In this document: positions 9,595-19,056 of the stretch, piece by piece | Layout: every line of letters starts with the position of its first letter | How positions within the stretch are numbered: the stretch's first letter is position 1 | NCBI GenBank assembly: GCA_027604505.1 | Contig: JADIIX010000175.1 | Span: 1-38,878, forward strand | Length of the DNA: 38,878 bases | Source of the DNA: Gonapodya sp. JEL0774 | Lineage: Eukaryota | Reading direction: 5' to 3' | Notes under the pieces: generated by a model | Told to the model about the DNA's origin: nothing | The model's input: only the letters and a program-made list of their open reading frames with translations | Databases searched by the model: none | Made by a program: the position numbers and the translations under genes

Positions 9595-11948
9595 TGGTGG
9601 GATTTTTAGACCGGGAGGATCAGCGCTCCGGCAAGTGCTGGGCCGAATGAGTGGGGGGGGGTTCGGCACCACCAATGAAAATGAAGCAGCGCTGCGGTTA
9701 GAACAGTTTTGGCGGATAGAAAAGTTTTGTTCGCTCGCACGCTGCGCAAAAATTCACTCCTCTAATCCCCGATTCCAAGCGAATTTCAACGTGGTTGCTA
9801 CAAGCCAACTGTGCCGGCCACAAAATGAACTGCTGTTTAATATATCAAGTCTATGATTTGCCACGATGTCTGTATGTGGAGGAATGGAGTTCCGAACACA
9901 CCCATGCCGCTATGTACAAACTGGGCGAATCCCAATCCATGGAAAAGCATCTCCTATCGACTAACCCACCACAACGTCCCGGATGATAGGATGGCATCCC
10001 GCAGAAGCCGCTCCCATTATTCCCATCGAGTGACTGCTTGTGCAACCCTCATCCCCTTAAAAGTGGCATTCACCGACATACCTATCCCTCACGTTTGAAC
10101 AAAGGATGCAGTCTCGATCACTGCGGATCAAGAAGTTTTCCATCACAGTCGACCATGATGGTGTACTTTTTGAAACGGACAATGATAATCGTGAGTTCTA
10201 GCTGCGAAAATTCATTCTCTATCTTTGCGTTCAATTCAACTCGTATTGGACTCAATGAATATCGACGTGCCGAGTTTGAGGAAAAGCGATTGAGTAAATG
10301 ACTCGGGCATGCTGCGGGATCATAGAATGAAGGTGAGTCGGTCTCTTTCCCCGTCTTCTCAGTGTGAAACGGGGATGCGTGGGCAGCGAAGTGGTTAATA
10401 GTTGTGGATTGCACCTTATATAATTGCAAGAATGTAGCAAAATAGAACATGATGTTCTTCCTTATGCTCAAATGAATTACGGGGAGAATCTTCGTTCTCC
10501 AGTCGTTTGCTCGGTAAGTTGTGGGGAACGTACGCCTCCGCAACAGCGAAGAATATATACGCATGCCTTTTTTTGCTTTCTCAAGATGCAAGTTCGAAAC
10601 AATAAATCACAGTAGATTTGCACCCCACGGAGCCTGACTTGCAATATAGCACGAGGACGGCCACTGAGATAGCATAACAGACTATTGACAACGAATATGT
10701 TTCTGTTATCTTGATGATTGATTTTTCTGCGCTCGAAGAAGGTAGAATGCATCGACATTGATGCACCCACTGGTAGAACTTTCGTTCCAACTGTCCCCGC
10801 ACTTTCTTCTTTTGCGGCAAGGTAAACTTCAGTTCCCATGCAAGCACTCAGCCTGGAACCACCAAGGGTTTGCGATAGAGAGAAACGACTTCGTTCGCAA
10901 TCGTGGCAAAGTCACACTGGTGATATGTACCAAGGTTGTGCGGGCTCGAGAACGGATAAAACGCTGTAGTGGACCCAGCTACCGCCCCCAATTCTCCTCG
11001 CGTGAAGTCTTGCTGTTTTTGCGCAGCCCACGATAGCCCACTGTCGGTCCAACACGGCCTTACAATCTCATCCTGTATCTTTTCCCACATACTTGATAGC
11101 CCACATGCTCCCAAGTCCCACATGGCAGTAACCTTGAATATTTACTCTTTGAGCCCCATCTCGAGCCCACACTCTTCTGAAGTGCACACTAGTGATGGGC
11201 TACCAGGGAGGAAGGGGACAGTGGAGATGCAGACAAGGTAGGCGGCGGTGAGAGTGCGTGGTGGATTGGTGGTTGGGACAAGCGGCGGTGCAGATTCTCA
11301 TGCAAGATACAAGCTTAAGCCTTGCAGTCGAAACCATATTCACTGAGGGTAGCGTTCTAACAGAGTGACCGATACTTGGAAGGAGGCGTTCATACAGGGA
11401 TGATCCCAATGAATAAATCGAAGCACTATAATCAGAGAAAAAGACACTCTCACTAAACACAAATTCTCATAAAATCGCACACTACGAGTTGCTGAAGTAA
11501 GGATTTTGCAGCTCGTAAGAAAAAGCTTCACGAAATGAAATAGCCAGACAAACACGGCATGGGACCACGAGCGACCTCCCCGCACAACGGTTGTCTAGCG
11601 AGGAAGCATGGGGGCTTTTTAGATGCCAGTAAAGTGACACCGATGGCGCGGAATTGGTCTCCCACATATCCGCCCCGAATCGTTGGAAGATGAACCCTCA
11701 GGGGTCAGAAGCCGAGCCTCATATCAGTTGATTGGATAGTTATTCTGGCGCCTTGCGTGGAACTTGCTGGACATATACGGGAATGTGGCCTGTTGCTGCT
11801 GCGGTGTGCTGTGGGTTGTTGAGCATGCCTCCACAGCCTGCTTGTGGCGCAGATGTCCCCCTTGTGGCGCAGATCACATCCACATATATTATCACTTGAT
11901 TCCCCGTGACTCGGCCTCACCGTGCGATCAGATAACAACCAGTATCAA

Positions 11949-14900
11949 ATGCTCGCAGCGATCGCCGCCCATGGGACACCCGCCCAGCAAGTTCTCGTCA
12001 AGCATGGAAATGGTTTTAACCGCTTTGAGGTCGGCCGCGGTCTCACAAGTAGCAAGATCAAGGCTTTCTTCGACAATCTCCAGAGCCACGACGAAAACGG
12101 GCAGGTCAACTACGTGAACAAGGACCCGGACGTCCTGTATGCCCAAATGCCGGATGGTACCGAGCAGTTGATCCGTGCCGACGCATCGAAGTGCTTCACT
12201 CTTGAATGCTTCCCCACACCTACCCTCGGATGCACTTTTCTATTGGAGAGCAAAGACGCGGACGAATGTGTCGGACAGACGGGTATCACCAAGCGACAAA
12301 TGCAAATGGCGTTTGCCTTGTCGGAAGCTGTGTACTCAGACGATCCGGCATCCGAATTGTGTTCATATGAAAAGAATCAGGACTTTCTGAATGTAGAGAC
12401 TGTCAGGTCGGACCTCAGCAACTCCATACGGTACGCTGTTGGATTCCCCCGCTTCACCTCGCACCAATCACAAGGCGAGGTCTATATTGCCATCCGAGGG
12501 TCTGAAAACAGGGACGATTGGATGCGAAATCTAGACGTTGCTCCGAAAATTGTCAGCTCTATTCGATCAGAGGACGCCGACGTCGCTTTACGGTCATTAA
12601 CAGAGGTTGACGCAGCCTCCCTCTCGAGACAAGAAAGGACCTCTGCGGGGATATCGAGCTCAGCAGGTATGAGAGCCATCTAGCTAGGAGAGATTTGATC
12701 TGACAGATTGTTTGTGGTTCAGGAACAAGCGCCAGCACCATGCACCGGGGATTTGCGGACTCGTCTCTCTACCTCCCTCTCGAACTTCTTGAGGACCTTG
12801 TACACGAACGCCAACGACAACTTGCGGAGGCATCACCTCCCAGCTCTGACACAACCGCCTGGAGCGAAAACGAGAGTGATGGCGGCTACGATGACACTGA
12901 CGCTCCAATTCAAGCTGTCAAGGTAGGATACCCCGACGCTCATCACCGACAGATACAGGTCATTCTCGCGGGTCACAGGTTTGTTTCTCTTTCCTCCCGA
13001 ATTACATGATGCGATTCTAACCCGGTCACTCTGCCAGCGCTGGTGGTGCTGTCGCCCACTGCGTGCACTCACTCTGGAGGCTGACCAAGTCCCAAGCACC
13101 AGTAACTAGTCACGGGAACAGTGTGCAGGTAGCGTCCGTTGGATTTGGCTCCCCGTTCTTTGCTTCCAGAGCGTTGGGAAAGGAATTGGCCAAACTGCCT
13201 GGCAACAAGGGCAACCGAATGTTCCTGAACGTGGTGAATGGTGATGACCCTGTTCCAAGGTGCCTCAACGTGCTGGAGACTCTCAAAATGTATCAAAAGG
13301 AGCTGTCATCTTGGGGCACAATCGCGCTGGAGGCTGTCGCGGGATTTGTCATGCCTCCTGTGGCTGCCAAAATTGCGGTGAATGCGGCCAAAGTTGCAAT
13401 TCAAAACTTGGACAAGGTCTCAAAGACCGTGAAAGACTGGCAGAATCATGTAGAGACAATGTACTACCCAATCGGCCATTATTGTTTCCTCCAAATGGAA
13501 AATGTGGGAGGCCATGACGAATTCGGACTCGGTAGTGCGTATAGAGCCGGTTACGACATGGAGACTGACCCTGGGAAAACAAAGAAGCGGCTGGGAGCCC
13601 GTAAGTGTGCGGCTTCCATCACAGCTGCGCTTTCCTAAAAACAACCTCCCAATCTTAAAGCGGAATTTTACGCCGAATCCGCCCATTATGTGGAAAATTA
13701 TCGGAAGATGCTGGGGGAAGCAAGTTTCTTTGCCAAGCTTGTTGATGAGGCACGCGAGGTAACACCTCAGCACATCTTGGAGCCGGACATTGACCCCAAG
13801 AATTGCACATACACTTCTAAAGTTTCTGAGGACCAGAAAGCTCTCAACGTAACTGTAAGTATTTCGTTTGCTAATCCATGTAGCGTGCAGAGCTGAAGCT
13901 GCAAACCCATTCATTCACGTAAGGTTCGATTGGCGGGTCGGAATTTCAACTATTTTGCAGCTGGTCGAGGTCTTACCAGAATTTTTCTGGAAGACTATGG
14001 TTCATCTGAAGACAAAATTGAGCTGGTGGTGAATTTGAGGGAGTCGGGACGATCATTTATCGTTGTCTCTGGTACGTTTTCAGCTGCAGATTACTTGAGG
14101 GAATGCCCGAAAATAATTTGTGCTTACTAGGATCGGTGCCGAAGGAGCGCATCCGGAGAGATCTAGATACCTTCAATTTGCGAGTTACGTCAATCTTTGG
14201 ATACCCTGGGAACGATACTGCTACCAAACTTAGGTGGAGAAATGGGAAAATGCAACTCGGGTATATGCAAAAAGGGGACATTGCCGTGGAGCTGACCATG
14301 GCGGATCAGATGCGAGCGGAATTTCTCGAACCGCTCCTCACAAACCTGGTACACGTAAGCATCCGGTGTGAGTAAATCCCAAGGTTATGGCTCCTTATTG
14401 CTTTTTCCTCTTGTAGCGAAGTGTGGTAGCCGCGCTCTTCATTGATCATGGAGACATCGAGCAAAACAATCTCGTCGTGTTGTTGCAGAATCTGGATTCG
14501 ATATGCGACACGCGGATGGCAAAAGCGGCACTTCATGTACGGAAAATGAGCCTCCAACTCAAGAAGCCAGCCAGAATCGACCAAGAAATCCTCGATCACA
14601 CTGTCAAGGAAGCTGAAAGGGAAGTTCAAAAGGTTTTGAAGAAGTTCATAGATCCGCTCGCGATCACATTTCAGTACTCAAACGTCACTAAAGGCGCTGT
14701 ATTAGTAGCAGCAAGCGGTGTGGTAGGGGGTGGGGCGTTCGTTGCAGGTGGTGCTGCTGTTGCGGCACTGGCGCCAGCATGGGCGGCCGCCTGGATTGTT
14801 GAGGCAACAGCAGCAGGTGTTGGAAGTATTGCTGCAGGCATTGGACTCGTAATTACAGCCAGAGTACGTGACTCCTTGTTTGAATGCACCAGTTCTGTTG

Positions 14901-16253
14901 TTGATGCCCTGGCTGTGCCCTTCTAGGGCTATAGAAACCTCCTCGAGTTCGAGAAAAAGAAGCATGACGACGAGAAATACCGAGAAATATTAAAAGAGAT
15001 ATGCAAGGATCTCAATGGAGTTGAAGCATCTGCAAGTTCATCGCTTAAGGTTGACGAGCTGGAACAGCATATTGTAAAAGCTCTGGCTGGAGTTAGTGCG
15101 CCACCGAATTTGCAAGTTGCAGAAACACAGGCTGCCGAAGAGGTCGTCTTTCGCAAGGAAGGGCGCTTGCACGATAAAAGCGTGTGTGAGTGTGGCATAT
15201 ATATCACAGGGTGCAAACTCTCGCTAACCTCGACCACCAAAAGTTCGTGAGGTTGCAAGGGACACACGCGTGGAGTGGCTACGCAGGGCCTACATGAGCA
15301 AGCTCGTTCACACAATGCGAGTGTCCATGCTTAAGGACATTTTTATCGTTGCCATAGGCACGTTCGTGTTGCGTACATACGTTGGTACAGGATTGTTGAT
15401 TTGCATCACCGCACTTCCGCAGGTCCGCAACACGTGGGGAAATCCGAGGCTCTGCAAACCTTGTTCCCAAATTCTGGCATCGAGAAGTCGGAGCATGGAA
15501 AGCACACCCTCTCTGTCACGTTCTACCCAACAGAGCTGGACGGTCAGCAAGTGACGGTGGTGGACTGCCCTGGTGGGTCAACAAAAAGGCCACAACTGCA
15601 ATGAGCTTTTGCGGCCCACTGATCTCGCATCGCAAAGGATTCGACGGCGTCCTCGACTCTAAGGGAAACTACATGATGAAGAACCAGAAGGAAATGGAGC
15701 TAATGATGAGACACGGCTGTTTTATTGGTGAGCCGCAGGGCAACAGTTTGCGTATAATTCTGGGAGTTGAATAGCCGGAAAACACAGGCTCCATATTCCT
15801 ATGCCTCTTGAATTTTGGCTCTGACGTTAATCAGCAAGCCCTTCTTTTCAACGACGAGGTCATCTCAAACCCAAACTACGTCCGCTACCCAAAGCTACTT
15901 ATGGTTAATAAGGTGATATCAACTTTGGGGCGCCTATGTGACAGCGATCAATGACAACGTCTCCTTCATAGATTTTGGAGAACAGCGACTATATGCACAA
16001 GCTGCAGGTGAACCCCCTCGCGGTGGATGCTGAAAGGCGCAAGTACTCGGACGCCCTTCACGTCCCTATCTCACAAGTGCAACTCACCGACATGCGAATC
16101 GGAAAGATACGCGAGAGCTCCTCGATTGCGGAGCAAACCACACACATGGAGCGATCCCATCTCGCCAGAGAGCGGGGCGTGTGGGGCAAGAACGAGGTGA
16201 CGCACTGGATCCGCCAGCAGATAAGCGACATACACGAGGCAGCTGCGCTGTAG
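11949..16253 (+). CDS. Class 3 lipase / Gly-rich membrane segment / P-loop GTPase fusion protein (~13 exons, ~1,190 aa)
   Basis: Lipase_3 motifs: VYIAIRGS..DDW..NL, HRGF, VILAGHSAGGAVA (joined across the ~12979-13037 intron), VGFGSP, VVNGDDPVP, AHYVENY. Hydrophobic GxxxG-rich stretch at ~14692-14863. GTPase motifs: G1 IVAIGPQHVGKS, G2 HT, G3 VVDCPG, G4 LLMVNK. Intron phases allow one continuous frame. The start is uncertain (upstream exon possible). Confidence 0.85.
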
Positions 16254-18082
16254 TTGTTCTTTTTAATAGACGTAAGAAAATTTTGTTTTGGTCTTGCTTG
16301 TAAGTGGATCACCCCGGTAGTACTCCAGCCACCCGAGTATTATTTGTATGTGTCGCGAAGACATAGTTGATACATTTGCCAAGCAGAAATGAGCGTCCTG
16401 CGTTATGCATCTCTCAAAAATTAATCAAAACTGCCTCAACTCGAAGACACAACTATTCACTTGAAACCATTCCAAACAGCACCAGGTAGGCTTTTAGCTT
16501 CATCTTTTTCACTCTAGGGAAGATTTGATGAAAATTTGTACTGTGGTGTACTGCGGAAGCCATACTATGTCATCATAATGAATGATTAGAGGACAGACCG
16601 ACTCGTCAACCCAACGCCATCGGTAATCTTTGATGTCGTCTCTTCTGGCACCGCACTTGGTCCGTGGAAACTCGGATCAATGCCCATCCCTGCACGACTC
16701 TTGGCCATCCGATCACGACGATGTGGAAGGATACAAACCGATCACGAAAAAAATCTAGAGCATGCAAAAAGAACAAACTGCAGTGACTTTCTTTTGAGTA
16801 GATCGTGCGATGGAGCGTGAGAACGGCCCTCGAACGCTGCGAGAAGGGTTTCGGTGGTTGGTTGAACAGCCGCGTGTGACACGACAAACACCATGGGCAG
16901 ATTTGAATCATGACGAACGGCGTTTTGAGGCTCTTTTTTGCTGAAATGAGAAACGTGGCCGTTGGTGAGATGTGTGTGTGTCTCCCTCGACCGAGTCATC
17001 AGGGAGCCCATCGCTCATCGGTCATTTTCTCTTCAAACTTGCGAGGTAAAAATAGGCAAGAATACAGATGCCTGAATCGACTCCATTAAAGAACCGTAGA
17101 TGGTGCCCAGCTCAGGACCACGGAACGCACCCTGGGGAAGTGCGCACATCTCATTTCATTGTTGGTATGTATATCGCCGTTAGCACCTCGCCAGGCCACT
17201 GGGCCCAAGTAAAGCGACAGTATTTGGTGTTAGAAAGGACAGATGTGGAGAGGCCACAATTGTATGCAAGAGGGGCAGGGCCGCGTGTATGGTGGGCGGA
17301 ACGTTGAGCGTCGAACAGGTCCCAAGACCGGAGGGACTGGGTGTTGGACCCTCTGTGGCAGTGTCGAAGAACAACTTTGGAGAGAATGCAACCAGCTCAA
17401 CCAGCTGCCGGTGTTCGTGCCTGCAGGGCAGTGGATGGCGGGAGACGCCCAGTGGAGGGAACACGGTGAGAGAGCGCGCAAGGGATGGCAAAGCCCAAAG
17501 GTGGTGGACACGTACGTGGGTGGACATAGGTGGAGAGGTGAGATTGTGAAATTGATCCGTCGTGCCGGCAACTGAGGTCGCTCCAAAAGAACGAAGTTGC
17601 TTCGCGGGTGGATGGAGATTGAGAGTACGATGGATGTAGGGAATGGGGGCGATGGATAAGTCTGGACGTTGGCGAACAGCGGAGATCGCCTTTTCCTGCG
17701 TGGTGTGGTGTGCAAAGAGGGGCGAACTTGAGGTGGACGTGGGGGAGAAAAAGTTCCGGCATTATGACACAGCCAACTGTAGTGCCGAGGAATCGTTGCT
17801 GCTTTACCCCTTGATGTGTGATATTGGTGTATACACTCCGTATAGATACCGCTGATTCTACTGTATACATTGTGTTCAAACCCCTCCTCCCCGGTCCCTG
17901 AACCTGGCCCACGGAGCACCCCACGCACGCTTACGTGGACCAATTCCATTCGTGGGTGAGTCCGTTCGGCACTACGTACATATTGTGAGGCACGAATTCG
18001 CGTGTGAGTTCGTGGAGCCAAACGGCGGATAGGCGCGACAGTGTCTAGTAATTGAGCACAGGTATGAGGTGAGGTCGGGCGA

Positions 18083-18601
18083 CTATGCGACCACGTCATT
18101 TGGTCACTCGGGTTGCTGGATTTCGGGGAATGAATTGCGGCGACCGACTAGGGGGGTGGGCAGTGAGCAGTTTGGGCGAGGTTGATGGGTGGGATGGGTG
18201 TCAAGGCCGAAGAGTGATTGTCAAAGGTGAGATGAGGGTTGCATCCACCTCTCGATCTATTCCCTCTCCCGACAAAACCATATCTGACCTGCCCGTGGGA
18301 ATGCCTCTGAGATGTCCACGGCGACAATCTCGATCTGATGCCCCCCCGCCTCATTTCCCCCCAACTCCCCCCCCCTCGCACCATCTCGCGGCACATCCCG
18401 GACCGTAATCCACCTAGTCCCGAAAACTATCCACCAGAACCCACCGTTCATTGCCACACACAATATAATAAAGCAGGAAAACTTGAAGACAGCAGAGTTG
18501 AGGATGTGTTTCTCCTCGTCGAAAGAACGGAAGTCCTGGTAGATTGAGCGGAAGTCCGGGATGAGACGGCGGGCAGGGGCCGGTGTAGGGTGGGAGGACA
18601 T
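18083..18601 (-). CDS. Small putative single-pass membrane protein, unknown function
   Basis: ATG at 18601: MSSHPTPAPARRLIPDFRSIYQDFRSFDEEKHILNSAVFKFSCFIILCVAMNGGFWWIVFG, with one hydrophobic helix. The downstream exons and stop are uncertain. Confidence 0.4.
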
Positions 18602-19056
18602 GGTTGGGTTGGGTGATGGGGCCAGAGGGGTGTGGACGAGTGCTGTGGTTGTGCAAGGGCATGACCAGCAACATATATACCATATATTACATGCACAATG
18701 GCACCATGGACTGCAATAAAATTTTGCGATGGCGATTAAATTCAATCTGCCCAGGTGGTGGAAAATCAAGCATGCTCCAGTCAACCCGCTGGGTGCTCCC
18801 CTTCTCACCTCAGTGATCCATTGCTGCTGATTGTGAAGCTCCGCCGGTTGGATGAGCGTGCTTTCTCCTGAAGCAGAGCGTGGCTGGTAATGTTATGTCA
18901 TTGACAAGTCAATACAATCTAGATGTGTACCAGTGTGTGTACACGTCATGAAGGGTGAAACTGCGGCCATGCAGTGATCAAAAAACCGTTGTCAGCGCAC
19001 ACTCGATTTATTCCCATCCGAGTTTCCACACCGCAAGGAAAGGAATCGCAGACTCG

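Noticed and set aside
17230..18099. 289-aa minus-strand ORF and overlapping plus-strand ORFs
   Set aside because: No motif recognised, and the Pro/Arg/His/Ser-rich composition is typical of non-coding frames. Not called as CDS.
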